DNA from: Eledone cirrhosa | Taxonomy: Eukaryota | Assembly (NCBI GenBank): GCA_964016885.1 | Contig: OZ024764.1 | Location: 18,166,001-18,230,000 of the forward strand | Length of the DNA: 64,000 nt | Reading direction: 5' to 3' | Shown here: piece after piece, positions 17,146-32,790 of the stretch | Layout of the letters: every line of letters starts with the position of its first letter | Position numbering within the stretch: the stretch's first letter is position 1 | The notes under the pieces: generated by a model | Seen by the model: the letters and a program-made list of their open reading frames with translations, nothing else | Told to the model about the DNA's origin: nothing | Database searches by the model: none | Made by a program: the position numbers and the translations under genes

Positions 17146-17690
17146 GTCAGGTCACCACTTGGTGCTACTGGTAACATGTATCCCAGTACAACCTGTCTCA
17201 TGGTCGGGTCGTTGGCGACTAAACTGGCAACCCCACCAAGGTTTCTTGGTGAGGAGGGTGACCTTGGACATCCTGCAGGACTAAAAACAAAACCTGTCAA
17301 AGGGCAAAGGAGCTCTTAAGTGTCAATGGCCATCCAAAATCATCGGCAGAGATGACCCCTTAGCCTTTGTCAAGGCAGAATTCTAGAAGGAAAACTCTGA
17401 TATAACACCTGCAACCCTGATGGTATCCAATGATGTTGACTTGTTCTTCTTTTTGGTAAATATCATCTTGGTTAAGAGAGTGGGACTGGCTCTGTGCAGT
17501 GCCTTTGTTCACAATAAAAGCTTCACGGCACAGGCATTGCTTTATATCTGGAGATCTCTCTGCACTTGCCGTCACATGGTACCATGGGCCCAGCACTATG
17601 TGTCAATAATTGTCACAGGTGTAGTGTTTGTACCAGAGTTTTCAAGTCGCTGGCTGGACTAGAAAGTCACACTCGTTCAGCGCATCGGTA
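17146..17690 (+). mobile_element. Probable LINE (RTE-like) 5' region
   Basis: Homologous to 56197-56730 (TACTGGTAACATGTA.CCCAGTACAACC...GACTAAAC.GGCAACCCC...AAAACC..TCAAAGGGCA); no intact ORF. Confidence 0.5.
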
Positions 17691-17952
17691 GGGGTTCTCC
17701 TACATGGATATAAAGTAGTGGCCGTACTCGAAAACGAGTTGGCAGTCACCATGTATATATATATATATATATATATGCATGTATGTATATATGTATATAT
17801 AAATATAAATGTGTGTGTGTGTAAATATATATATATATATGTATATATATATATGCATGTATGTATATATATAAAAACAAACATCTACACACATATATAT
17901 ATATATATATACACATCCATACATATATATAAACACATACAGACACACACGC

Positions 17953-19090
17953 GTACCTCACTCTCTCTCACAATTCCCCCTCTCTCACTAATCCAACAGA
18001 CTCTCTCCCCCTCTCTATATAACACTACATACCTCACTCTCCCTGACAATTCCCCTCTCTCACTAAACCAACAAACTCTCTCACCCTCTCTATATACCAC
18101 TACATACCTCACTCTCCCTGACAATTCCCCCTCTCTCACTAAACCAACAAACTCTCTCACCCTCTCTATATACCGCTACATACATCTCTCTTTCACAATT
18201 CCCCCTCTCTCACTAAACCACTCTGTTTCTCTCCCGCTCTCTATATGCCTCATTCTCTTTTCACTGACAGTATTTCCCCTCTCTCACTAAATCAATAATC
18301 GTCTCTCACCCTCTCTATATTCCACTACGCATCTCACTCTCTCTTCATCAGCAACATTCCCTCTCTTTCACTAAACCACCATTACTCTCTTTCTCTCTAT
18401 ATATCATACTACACGCTTCACTCTCTGTAGTCCTTATAATTCCCACTCTTTCACTAAACTACTATTACTCTCTCCCCCTCTCTATATGTCACTACATGCT
18501 TCACTCTGTCTTACTCTAACTGTTCCCCCTCCCTCACAAACTACTAAACGTCTCCCCCTCTCTACACCACTTCCCGCCTCACTCTCTCTAACGCTTACAA
18601 TTACCCCCCTCTTTCACTAAACAAACAAACTTCTCTCCCCCCTCTCTATACACCACTACATTCCTCACTCTCTCTAACGTTTATAATTCCCCCTCTGTCA
18701 CTAGTCAACCATATTTCTCTCCCCCTCTCTATACACAACTACATTCCTCACTCTCTCTAACGTTTATAATTCCCCCTCTGTCACCAGTCAACCATATTTC
18801 TCTCCCCCTCTCTATACACAACTACATTCCTCACTCTCTCTAACGTTTATAATTCCCCCTCTCTCACTAGTCAACCATATTTCTCTCCCCCTCTCTATGC
18901 ACCACTACATGCCTTACTCTCTCTAACGCTTCCAATCCCCTTCTCTCACTAGTCAACCATGTTTCTCTACCCCTCTCTATGCACCGCTACATGCCTTACT
19001 CTCTCTAACGCTTCCAAATGCCCCTCTCTCACTAGTCAACCATGTTTCTCTACCCCTCTCTATGCACCACTACGTGCCTCACTCTCTCTC
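17953..19090. repeat. ~75-bp CT-rich minisatellite
   Basis: Recurrent ...CCTCACTCTCTC...AATTCCCCCTCTCTCACTA... units. Confidence 0.85.
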
Positions 19091-19551
19091 CACCTACCTG
19101 CTCATTCATGACACGGTTTCTCAATTAAACTCCGGGATAGATTTAACCAGACATCCAGGTAAGCCAGAATTAAATTAAACCTTTTATATTTTACTAACCA
19201 AATTATAATTAACGATCCAATAATACCTTGTAGCAATTCATTTAGTGTTTATTTCGTTAATTAATTAACTAAAATCCATTTCTTAAAAAAATTATGGCTA
19301 TAGAAAAAGTTTTGATGATATATACATTTTTTTCCGTTAAACATAATTATATACTGTGTGTGTATATATATTATCATCATTTTACGTCCGCTTTTATATA
19401 TATATTTATATATATATATATATACACTCACTATGTATGTATATTTGCTCACGATTGTATGTGTATATACACGTGTATACTTGTAGATATCTATATATAT
19501 ATGGAGCGAGAGACATCTATATATATATACACATACACACGTATGTATATA

Positions 19552-19587
<36 letters not shown>

Positions 19588-19591
19588 CACA

Positions 19592-19640
<49 letters not shown>

Positions 19641-19937
19641 TGTGTGTGTGTGTGTGTGTGTGTATAGTTTTGGTCTTTTTGATGATATCTATCCTGTTTG
19701 CGTACGATCGTTTCATGTATATATATTAATATAATATATATCTATATACACATATATAATATATATATATATGGACCTTTCCGACGGAATTACTTCACAC
19801 ACCTATATATATATATATATATATATAAACACAGTGTGTGTATAAAGTAGGGTGTGTGTATTTAAATTTGTCGTTTTCACAGCACAAGATAATTGGTGAC
19901 AAAATACTTAAAACTATGAAGAATATACACGCACGCA

Positions 19938-19975
<38 letters not shown>

Positions 19976-20207
19976 CATATACATACACACACACATATAT
20001 ATATATATACATATACATACACATATATATACATACATATATATACATATACATACACACACATATATATATATATATATACACATACATATATAAATAC
20101 ATACATATATATACATACACATACACACCCACATATATATAAATACATACAGATACATACACACACACATATATTTATAAATATATACATATACATACAC
20201 ACACACA

Positions 20208-20238
<31 letters not shown>

Positions 20239-20251
20239 ACACACACACACA

Positions 20252-20282
<31 letters not shown>

Positions 20283-21433
20283 ACACACACATATATATAT
20301 ATATAAATACATACATACATACACACACATATATATATGTATATATATAAATACATACATATACATATATATATACATACACCACACATACATATATATA
20401 ATAAGAGATACACAGGAGAGTTGAAATCTTACACTTATAATAATCACATTAATTAAGTAAAAATTCCCCGAATATATATATATGTATATATATGAGTGGG
20501 TATATGTATATATGAGTGGGTATATGTATATATGTGTGTGTGTATGTATATATATATATGTGTGTGTGTGTATGTATATATATATATGTGTGTGTATGTA
20601 TATATATATATGTGTGTGTATGTATATATGTGTGTGTGTATGTATATATATATGTGTGTGTATGTATATATATATATGTGTGTATGTATATATATATATG
20701 TGTGTGTATGTATATATATATGTGTGTATGTATATATATATGTGTGTATGTATATATATATGTGTGTATGTATATATATATGTGTGTATGTATATATATA
20801 TGTGTGTGTATGTATATATATGTGTATGTATATATATATATGTGTGTGTATGTATATATATGTGTGTGTATGTATATATATATGTGTGTATGTATATATA
20901 TATGTGTGTATGTATATATATATGTGTGTATGTATATATATATGTGTGTATGTATATATATATGTGTGTGTATGTATATATATGTGTGTATGTATATATA
21001 TGTGTGTATGTATATTATATATGTGTGTATGTATATATATATGTGTGTATGTATATATATATATGTGTATATGTATATATGTGTATATATATATATGTAT
21101 GTATATATATATGTATATATATATATATGTGTGTATATATATGTGTGTGTGTATATATATATGTATATCTATGTGTGGGTGTGTGTATATATGTATATAT
21201 ATGTGTGGGTGTGTATATATGTATATATATATATGTGTGTATATGTATATATATATATATATATGTGTGTATATGTATATATATATATATATATGTGTGG
21301 GTGTGTGTATATATATGTATATATATATGTATATAGATGTATATATATGTATATAGATGTATATATATGTATATAGATGTATATATATGTATATAGATGT
21401 ATATATATATATGTGTATATATATGTATATATA

Positions 21434-21464
<31 letters not shown>

Positions 21465-21471
21465 GTGTGTG

Positions 21472-21504
<33 letters not shown>

Positions 21505-21611
21505 GTGTATATATATATGTGTGTGTTGAGCGAAAATAATGCAATGTTAGCACACGTATATAAAATTAAATATATACATATATATATACATCCATACATA
21601 CACACGCTCCA

Positions 21612-21663
<52 letters not shown>

Positions 21664-21757
21664 TATGTGCGTGTCTATATACATACTCCCACACATATAT
21701 ACCCCTCCCACTATATATGTGCATGCAAGTGCGTGCGTATGTATAATTATATGCATA

Positions 21758-21855
<98 letters not shown>

Positions 21856-21991
21856 GAGAGATAGGAGCAAGGCGCTAGTGTAATATAAAGAAGAGAAAGT
21901 GTTTTAAGATTAGAAATATTTAGAGTGGTTGAAGATATGTTGATCACCTGTTATAACAACTACCTGTAGAGTAGACATATACCTGCTGTGA

Positions 21992-22030
<39 letters not shown>

Positions 22031-22343
22031 CATGTTATGTATTTCCGTAGAAAAGGTAAAGGAAAGAAGAGTGCTCTACATATAGTACAGAGCTATTTAA
22101 TTATATAATATATATATATATATATGGTGTGTGTATATATATTTATGTATGTGTGTGTGTGTATATATACCTGTGCATATATCGTGTTTATATGGTATAT
22201 ATACTGTATATAGATCTGATGTATGTATGTATATATAAATTAATGGTGTATATATAGTGTATGTATACATATATATATACATATACATGTATAGGGACAT
22301 AGGTGAAATCCCGACTGCGGCACCAAGACGTTTCAGCTATTGG

Positions 22344-22406
<63 letters not shown>

Positions 22407-22573
22407 TATTATTCAAAATATTAATAAATGAAAAATATTCTCATAATCAAAATATATATATATATATTTTGAATAATATTAAATACTCCAGCAAAATCAA
22501 TTGTTGAGTGCTTCTAATCTATTGTAATATTGTATTCGTTGATTAATCAACGAACCATATTAATCTTTGGTTA

Positions 22574-22632
<59 letters not shown>

Positions 22633-22934
22633 ATGTTATATATAACGATCTAAATATATCGCTGTATAAATTAATATATAATTCCCATCAGTCCCTTCGT
22701 CAATTTCCTCAAATCCTTCATTATATTTCCTTGTTAAAATAAACCCTTTAATTCTTTAATATCATTACATTAATTATCATTGGTGATTAATCCCTAAAAG
22801 ACCCTCCTTATAGCAGCCCTCCAGCCACGACTAACATGTTCTATCGATCGGTTACAATATATAGATTATGTTTATATATGTATGTATGCATCTATCTATA
22901 TATATATGTGCATTTATATATGTATCTATCTATA

Positions 22935-22992
<58 letters not shown>

Positions 22993-23607
22993 CGTATATA
23001 TATATGTGCGTATATATATAAATGCATGTATGTATATGTGCATGCATGTGTATATATATATGTGCGTATATATATATAAATGCATGTATGTATATATATG
23101 TGCATGCATGTGTATATATATATGTGCATATATATATATAAATGTATGTATACACATATTATATATATATCCCTGGACTTGAAAAAAAACGAGGAACGGG
23201 CACCTGTTCAAAACACATTTATTATATTAAAACCAACGGGGATGGTCGAGGATGGAGCCCTAGGAGAAATACCGTTTGCCTATAGATCTGTTCAGGTTTA
23301 AGGGGTGCCCAATATCATCAACAACAATAATGACCCAATTAAGAGGACACTTGTTAATTGAGAAGGTTTACGTAAGGTTTTAACGAAACCTGGATTAATT
23401 AAATGTGAGAATTAATTACTTAATTAGGGTCTTAAGACCAGAAAGGGATACATTTTTATTATATTTAAATTAAATATATTTATCTTATTTGACGAGATTT
23501 TATATCGGAGATTTTATATGGGGTTGTGTGTGGGTGGGTACACCATAAGCTTTTAATTGCTTAAGGCCTCAAATTATTTAATTAATCCGACCTCTGTTAT
23601 GAGTACA

Positions 23608-23665
<58 letters not shown>

Positions 23666-23776
23666 CTAAAATATATACTTGTCTAAAAATATATTCGTTT
23701 ATATATATTCTATATTTAATATTTTAAGTGTTTGTATATATATATATATATATGTATATATATGTATGTATGTATG

Positions 23777-23820
<44 letters not shown>

Positions 23821-24055
23821 GTATATATCTATTGAGCGCTGTAATGAATCTTTTCAGAGATTCCGCCGTATTTATATCCTTGTATCATGTGGTTCTTATG
23901 AAAATGTATTTGTATCTGTGAGTACGTGGATAGTGGGTGTGTCAGATGACTGCCTCAATCGTGTGTATATATATATATATATGTATATATGTGTGTGTGT
24001 GTGTGTATACTATATATATGTGTGTGTGTATGTATCTATATTGGTAAACCCTAAT

Positions 24056-24157
<102 letters not shown>

Positions 24158-24357
24158 CACACATCTATATACACACATCTATATATATATATATATATAC
24201 ACACCTATATATATATATATACACACATCTATATATATATATATATACACACATCTATACATATATATATATATATATACACATCTATACACACATATAT
24301 ATATATACACATGTATACACAGATATATACACACATCTATCTATATATATATATCAT

Positions 24358-24397
<40 letters not shown>

Positions 24398-25854
24398 ACA
24401 CACATCTATACAGATATATACACATCTATACACACATGTATACACATCTATACACACATCTATACACATATATATATATATACACACATCTATACACATA
24501 TATGTAGACACACATCTATACACATATATATATATATACATACATGTATACACACATCTATACACATATATATATATACACACATGTATACACACATCTA
24601 TACACATATATATACACATATATGTAGACACACATCTATACACACATATATATATATACACACATGTAGACACACATCTATACACACACATATATATATA
24701 TATATACACGCGTATACACACATCTATACACATATATATACACATATATGTAGACACACATCTATACACACATATATATATACACACATGTAGACACACA
24801 TCTATACACACATATATATATATATATACACGCGTATACACACATCTATACACATATATATACACATATATGTCGACACACATCTATACACAGAGATATA
24901 CACTAACTCATGTAATCCCACACAATGAGAGAAATGGCGCTAGAAATCCATTGAATTTATTCCTTCATTCTTTCTCTCTCGTCCCAGGAAACACCTGACG
25001 GGACGTGGAGCGAGCGCATGCTCCTTAGCTGCTGGTGACAGGGGCAGTCTCGGGGAGGGAGTTGTCCATCTGCTGCCAACTCTTTACACCACACCACATA
25101 CCACCTTTGTGTGTGTGTGTGTGTGGGGGGGTCTCTCCCCTGGTGTGGTGGTAGTGGTGTGTGGTGGTAGTGGTGGTAGTGGTGTGGTGTTGGTGTGGTG
25201 TTGTGTGATGGTGGGGTGGTGTTGGTGTGGTGGTGGTGGTGGTTGGTGTGGTGGTGGTGGTGGTTGGTGGTGGTGGTGTGGTGTTGGTGTGGTGGTAGTG
25301 GTGTGGTGTTGGTGTGGTGGTAGTGGTGTGGTGTTGGTGTGGTGGTGTGTGATGGTGGTGTGGTGGTAGTGGTGTGTGGTGGTGGTGGTAGTGGTGTGGT
25401 GTGGTGGTGTGGTGGTGGTGTGGTGTTGGTGTGGTGGTGGTGGTGGTTGGTGTGGTGGTGTGTGGTGCTTGTGGTGTGGTGTGGTACGTAGTGACTGACG
25501 GTGGCGTAGTCTCACACTCAGGGAGAGAGAGAAATAGATAGATAGATAGTTAGGTGGAAAGATAGATAGATAGATATATAGATATAGACAGATAGGGAGT
25601 TAGATAGAGATAGGTCGGTCAACAGGTATGTAGAGAGAAAGATAGATTGACAGCAAATACCGGGGCTTGTCCAGTCATTTCCTCTATGCACTGGTCACCA
25701 TTCAGACCCTGGACAGCTGGGCTCCTCCATAAAAACTGAAATTTATTTATCTTTCAAAATTGTTGTTGATTTGGAGAAATGGGTCCTCCAAAGTCAGCGC
25801 CCTAGCTGGCTGCCTAGTTTATCTATATGGTAGCACCGGCCCTGTATTTGTATC

Positions 25855-26073
25855 ATCATCATTATCATCGTTTAATGTCCATCTTCCACGCTAGCATGGG
25901 TTAGATGGGAGTTGTCCCACTTGAGGCAAGATTGGTCGGCTGACTGTGTCTCGCTCGAATAGGACTATCTGGCAGGTTTTCTACGGCTGGATGCCCTTCC
26001 TAACACCAACCACATTACAGTGTGGACTGGGAACTTTTTACCGTCTTACCTACACGACCACATTACACCGTGG

Positions 26074-26075
<2 letters not shown>
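25855..26075 (-). mobile_element. RTE 3'-UTR-derived fragment
   Basis: Reverse-complement match to 2415-2628. Confidence 0.8.
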
Positions 26076-26144
<69 letters not shown>

Positions 26145-26220
26145 GTATGTAAGAGATGAACAGCAATAACAACACAATTGGTACAGTATATGGAAGGAAT
26201 ATATTAGGTTAACGCTAGAC

Positions 26221-26385
26221 AGACAGGTAGGTATATAGTTAGACAGGTAGGTATATAGTTAGACAGGTAGGTATATAGTTAGACAGGTAGGTATATAGTT
26301 AGACAGGTAGGTATATAGTTAGACAGGTAGGTATATAGTTAGACAGGTAGGTTTATAGTTAGACAGGTAGATATGTAGGTAGACT
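26221..26385. repeat. 20-bp tandem repeat AGACAGGTAGGTATATAGTT
   Basis: About 8 copies. Confidence 0.95.
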
Positions 26386-26457
26386 CTCAGGTAGTGTATA
26401 CCAATATCTTTCAGAGAGAGACACAGACTCATCTTTTAGATAAAAGCAAGACTGAGG

Positions 26458-27358
26458 GTGAAGAGGTGGGGTTGTCATATAACACCCCACCCCACCACCA
26501 CAGTGAACATGTGGGGTTGTCATATAGCACCCCACCCCACCACCACAGTGGGTTGGGTCTTCAGTGAAGAGGTGGGGTTGTCATATAGCACCCCACCCCA
26601 CCACCACAGTGGGTTAGGTCTACAGTGAACAGGTGGGGTTGTCATATAGCACCGCACCCCACCACCACAGTGGGTTGGGTCTACAGTGAAGAGGTGGGGT
26701 TGTCATATAGCACCCCACCCCACCACCACAGTGGGTTAGGTCTACAGTGAACAGGTGGGGTTGTCATATAGCACCGCACCCCACCACCACAGTGGGTTGG
26801 GTCTACAGTGAAGAGGTGGGGTTGTCATATAGCACCCCACCCCACCACCACAGTGGGTTGGGTCTACAGTGAAGAGGTGGGGTTGTCATATAGCACCCCA
26901 CCCCACCACCACAGTGGGTTGGGTCTACAGTGAAGAGGTGGGGTTGTCATATAGCACCCCACCCCACCACCACAGTGGGTTGGGTCTACAGTGAAGAGGT
27001 GGGGTTGTCATATAGCACCCCACCCCACCACCACAGTGGGTTGGGTCTACAGTGAAGAGGTGGGGTTGTCATATAGCACCCCACCCCACCACCACAGTGG
27101 GTTGGGTCTACAGTGAAGAGGTGGGGTTGTCATATAGCACCCCACCCCACCACCACAGTGGGTTGGGTCTACAGTGAAGAGGTGGGGTTGTCATATAGCA
27201 CCCCACCCCACCACCACAGTGGGTTGGGTCTACAGTGAAGAGGTGGGGTTGTCATATAGCACCCCACCCCACCACCACAGTGAACAGGTGGGGTTGTCAT
27301 ATAGCACCCCACCCCACCACCACAGTGGGTTGGGTCTACAGTGAACAGGTGGGGTTGT
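26458..27358. repeat. 61-bp minisatellite, about 15 units
   Basis: Unit CAGTGAAGAGGTGGGGTTGTCATATAGCACCCCACCCCACCACCACAGTGGGTTGGGTCTA; highly homogeneous. Confidence 0.95.
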
Positions 27359-27479
27359 GTCCCCCCCCCCACCTTACACACACCCAGACATAATACATCG
27401 AGTTTGTTAATTCAAATGTTTATAGTATCTTTACTAAATGGACAGATTGTTGTGAAAATTTACATCTGGGTTACATATA

Positions 27480-28080
27480 GTCCTGCATTTTACAGAGTGT
27501 ACCGGGTGCACTTTCATCAGAGCACCAACACTAGGGAGGTTGTCATGTCCCTAAAACAACTGAAGTGTCCTCGCAAACCTTGTTTTTTGGCTATCTTTCT
27601 ATGGGTGGATGCTCTTCACAACAACCACTTTATAGAGCCCACTGGGTGTACTTATCACATGTAAACCACCAACACTAGGGAGGTTGTCAAGTCCCTAACA
27701 CGACTGAAGGGTCCTCGCAACCCTTTGTGTTAGCCAGGTTTTCTACAGCTGGATGGTCTTCCTATAATTAGCCATTTTACAGAGCCCACTGGGTGTGTTT
27801 ATCATGTAAACCACCAACACTAAAGAGGTCGTCATGTCCCTAACACAACTGAAGAGTCCTTCACAACCCTTGTTTGGCAGGTTTTCTAGGACTGGATGCC
27901 CTTCCTATCAGCAACCACTTTACAGAGTGTACTGGGTGCATTTTTTCGTGGCCCTAGCACTGAAGGGATTACTGTGTTGTGACAGAAGGGTCCTCTAGAC
28001 CCACATTGAATGGGTTCTACAGCTGGAACCTCTCCCTAACACTAACCACTTTACAGTGTACTGGGTGAGTTTTATAACCA
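27480..28080 (-). repeat. Tandem degenerate copies of the SINE/RTE tail segment
   Basis: Repeated CTGGATG..CTTCCTA...AACCACTTTACAGAG...CTGGGTG blocks. Confidence 0.65.
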
Positions 28081-28089
28081 TCAAACCTA

Positions 28090-28245
28090 CCGTATTTCCC
28101 GGTGTCGAAGACCCTACTTTTTTCCTAAAATAAGTCTCAAAATCTACCATGTGACCTGGAGGCCGAACGTTGTTTATTAATTTTTGGTTGTCAAAATTAG
28201 GGTCTGTCCCCGAGGACGGAGTGTCTTCGGCGCCGGCAAATATGG
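28090..28245. mobile_element. Tc1/mariner (pogo-like) MITE
   Basis: Imperfect TIRs CCGTATTTCCCGGTGTCGAAGAC / GTCTTCGGCGCCGGCAAATATGG, flanked by TA on both sides. Confidence 0.75.
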
Positions 28246-28975
28246 TACAGGAATATTTTCTGTCTAAAGTTAATATAACAACAAAGTATTTCAACTATTT
28301 CTTCTGTTACTTTATACATGTGTCTGTATTTATATATATATTTGTGTGTGTGTGTATATATATATATATATGTGTGTGTGTATATATATTTGTGTGTGTG
28401 TATATATATTTGTGTGTGTGTATATATATATATATTTGTGTGTGTATATATATATGTGTGTATATATATATATGTGTGTATATATATATGTGTGTGTATA
28501 TGTGTGAGTGTGTGTGTATATGTGTGAGTGTGTGTGTATATATGTGTGTGTGTGTATATATTTGTGTGTGTGTATATATATTTGTGTGTGTATATATATT
28601 TGTGTGTGTGTATATATATATATATTTGTGTGTGTATATATATATGTGTGTATATATATATATGTGTGTATATATATATGTGTGCGTGTGTGTGTATATG
28701 TGTGAGTGTGTGTGTATATATGTGTGTGTGTGTATATATATGTGTGCATGTATATATATATGTGCATGTGTATATATATGTGTTTATGTGTGTGTGTATA
28801 TATATATGTGTGTGTATATATATATGTGTGTGTGTATATATATGTGTGTGTGTATATATATATATATGTGTATGTGTATATATATATATGTGTATGTGTA
28901 TATATATATGTGTGTATATATATGTGTGTATATGTATGTGTGTGTGTGTATTTATATATATATATGTGTGTAAAA

Positions 28976-29020
<45 letters not shown>

Positions 29021-29564
29021 ATTTATATGTGCAAGGTTTGTTATGCATATATTTATGCTTGTATTTATTGGACAACATGACTATCCCCAAATGTAGCACA
29101 CTCACACACACATATATATATATATATTTGTGTATATATATATATATATCTGTGTATATATATATATATGTATATATATCTGTGTATTTTTGGTATCTTC
29201 AACACTCAAACCCAATTCTTTTTTTTGCCACAAAAAAAAATATATACACACACATATATATATACATACATTTATATATACATATATATATATATACATA
29301 CATTTATATATACATATATATATATATATATATAAATAAATATATATATATATATAAATAAATATATATATATATATACAAATAAATATATATATATATT
29401 TATTTATATATATACACAGATACACATGTACACAGATGTTTTAATCAAATTACCTGTACTTTTCAAGGCTGTCTAATGTTACACACACATATATGGCTAT
29501 GTGTGTGTGTAACATATACTCACACACGTTACATACACTGATTCTCTCTCTCACACACACATGC

Positions 29565-29609
<45 letters not shown>

Positions 29610-29679
29610 TATATATATATATATGCATATATATATATATATATAACATACCCAGATTCTCTCTCTCACACACACATGC

Positions 29680-29722
<43 letters not shown>

Positions 29723-29886
29723 ACATACCCAGATTCTCTCACACATACACACTTGTATGTATGCTCACACACACATATATATATGGATACATGTGTGTAT
29801 GTGTAACACAGTTTCACACACACACACTTGCATGTGTATACATACTTGCATATATATATATATATGATGAGTATGATACATTTATA

Positions 29887-30237
29887 TAGGGTGTCCCCCA
29901 AAAATGTATACATACTTCAACAACAAAAAATACTGCATTAAGATATATTCTGTGGCAGTATCGGTAGAGGGTTAGACAGCATGCTTTGCAGCATAGAGTT
30001 ACGGCCCTTTACGGCCTGAGTTTTATATCCCGCCGAGGTCAACTTTGCCTTTCATCCTTACGGGGTCGATAAAATAAAGTACCAGTAATGTACTGGGGTA
30101 ATTGTGTAAAGATTCTTGGGTGTTTATCTACAATTGAATTACGCCTGTAGATCATTTTAATTATGGGAAAGGCTGAGCATTCTAATAAATATTGCCTGTA
30201 CAGGTAATCAAAATATGTATACATTTTTTGGGGACAT
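29887..30237. mobile_element. Mariner-like MITE containing a SINE family B insertion (29953-30103)
   Basis: TGTCCCCCAAAAATGTATACATA / TATGTATACATTTTTTGGGGACA inverted ends. Confidence 0.6.
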
Positions 30238-30471
30238 ATATATATCTTGATCGATAGTCGATTGACTTTCGTCAAATCGGACCGAGGAAACAATGTTTCC
30301 ATTGGTCTTTCCAATTGCTAATACTATCTATCGGTCGCAACTCCAGGTAGAAGGAGCAAAGAAAGTGAAATAAAGTGTCTTGCTCAAGGACATAACGCAT
30401 TGCCTGGTCTGGAAATCAAACTCACAACCTCAAGATTGTGAATCCAATTCTCTAACCACTCAGCCACATGC

Positions 30472-30529
<58 letters not shown>

Positions 30530-30757
30530 AATTGGATTATGAATGGAGGTGTCCATATAAAGTAAGATTTGACAGTTGTGGACAAATCAATTTAACATTT
30601 AAACTCATTAAAATATATTAATATTAAATATATGACTGAAAGAATACAATTATGAATACAAGGGACTGAAATGGGCCCCCCTCCGAAGGGTCTTTGGAGT
30701 AACGTTACTCGATAGTGTAGTTCGAAGATGAGCGTCACTCCAGGTAGAGCCACTACT

Positions 30758-31740
30758 TCTCTGAATTGAGAGACCACAGCTCTGATACTACAGACATGTG
30801 GTTAGAATGTCTGAGGAAAGAATCTCTGGATTGAGAGATCACAGCTCTGATACTACAAACATGTGGTTAGAATGTCTCTGGAAAGAATCTCTGAATTGAG
30901 AGACCACAGCTCTGATACTACAGACATGTGGTTAGAATGTCTCAGGAAAGAATCTCTGGATTGAGAGATCACAGCTCTGATACTACAGACATGTGGTTAG
31001 AATGTCTCAGGAAAGAATCTCTGGGTTGAGAGAGCACAGTTCTGATACTACAGACATGTGGTTAGAATGTCTGAGGAAAGAATCTCTGAATTGAGAGATC
31101 ACAGCTCTGATATTACAGACATGTGGTTAGAATGTCTCAGGAAAGAATCTCTGGGTTGAGAGAGCACAGCTCTGATACTACAGACATGTGGTTAGAATGT
31201 CTCAGGAAAGAATCTCTGGGTTGAGAGAGCACAGCTCTGATACTACAGACATGTGGTTAGAATGTCTGAGGAAAGAATCTCTGAATTGAGAGATCACAGC
31301 TCTGATATTACAGACAAGTGGTTAGAATGTCTGAGGAAAGAATCTCTGAATTGAGAGATCACAGCTCTGATACTACAGACATGTGGTTAGAATGTCTGAG
31401 GAAAGAATCTCTGAATTGAGAGATCACAGCTCTGATACTACAGACATGTGGTTAGAATGTCTCAGGAAAGAATCTCTGAATTGAGAGATCACAGCTCTGA
31501 TACTACAGACAAGTGGTTAGAATGTCTGAGGAAAGAATCTCTGAATTGAGAGATCACAGCTCTGATACTACAGACATGTGGTTAGAATGTCTGAGGAAAG
31601 AATCTCTGAATTGAGAGATCACAGCTCTGATACTACAGACAAGTGGTTAGAATGTCTCAGGAAAGAATCTCTGAATTGAGAGACCACAGCTCTGATACTA
31701 CAGACAAGTGGTTAGAATGTCTCAGGAAAGAATCTCTGAA
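30758..31740. repeat. 65-bp minisatellite, about 15 units
   Basis: Unit GAAAGAATCTCTGAATTGAGAGATCACAGCTCTGATACTACAGACATGTGGTTAGAATGTCTGAG. Confidence 0.95.
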
Positions 31741-32319
31741 CAGGTTTTACAGGCAAAACCAACCAGCAGGAGACCCAGGGGTAGACCCTAAACAAAATGG
31801 TTGGATAACATCCATGAGTTTGGCTGGTTACACTTAGGGGAGACGGTTGCTTCTGACAGGACCTTGCTGGAAGGAGTGTTTGAGGACTCTCACCCAAATA
31901 ACATTTTTACCTTTAATCACTTCCATGTGTCAGTAATCAGCACAAACTATAGGGTTTCTCTTATGCAAGTTATTCATACATACATAGATACATATATATA
32001 TATGTATATATGTCCTACCCATCGTAGCATGGAAGATGGACGTTAAACAGTGATGATATATATATATGTGTGTGCATGCTTAGATGCATACATATATGCA
32101 TATACATGTATATATGTATGCATGTATACATATATACACATCACACACACATACACACAAACCCCATTAATAAACACAATTGTTGGAATTTTTTAATATC
32201 CCCCCCCCCCCCACCACCACCACCACACTCTACTATTCTATTACACACACACACACATATATAGACAGTCACACATACACATGGTAACATACACAGTGGT
32301 AGTACGATGTCGTTTAGGT

Positions 32320-32790
32320 AGTTGTGGTGGTGGAGATGGTGGTGGAGGTGGTTGTAGTGGTGGTGTTGGGGATGGAGGTGGTTGTAGTGGTGGTGGTGGT
32401 GGTGGTTGTAGTGGTGGAGGTGGTTGTAGTGGTGGAGGTGGTTGTAGTGGTGGAGGTGGTTGTAGTGGTGGAGGTGGTTGTAGTGGTGGGGGTGGAGGTG
32501 GTTGTAGTGGTGGGGGTGGAGGTGGTTGTAGTGGTGGGGGTGGAGGTGGTTGTAGTGGTGGAGGTGGTGGTGGAGATGGTTGTAGTGGTGGTGGTGGAGG
32601 TGGTTGTAGTGGTGGTGGTGGAGGTGGTTGTAGTGGTGGTGGAGGTGGTGGAGGTGGTTGTAGTAGTGGAGGTGGTTGTAGTGGTGGTGGTGGTGGTGGA
32701 GGTGGTTGTGGTGGTGGTGGTGGTGGAGGTGGTTGTAGTGGTGGAGGTGGTTGTAGTGGTGGAGGTGGTTGTGGTGGTGGGGGTGGTGGA
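32320..32790. repeat. (GGT)n-derived compound microsatellite
   Basis: GGTGGTTGTAGTGGTGGA units. Confidence 0.9.

Noticed and set aside
26458-31740. CRISPR-like arrays (61-bp and 65-bp units)
   Set aside because: No unique spacers or cas genes; eukaryotic minisatellites.
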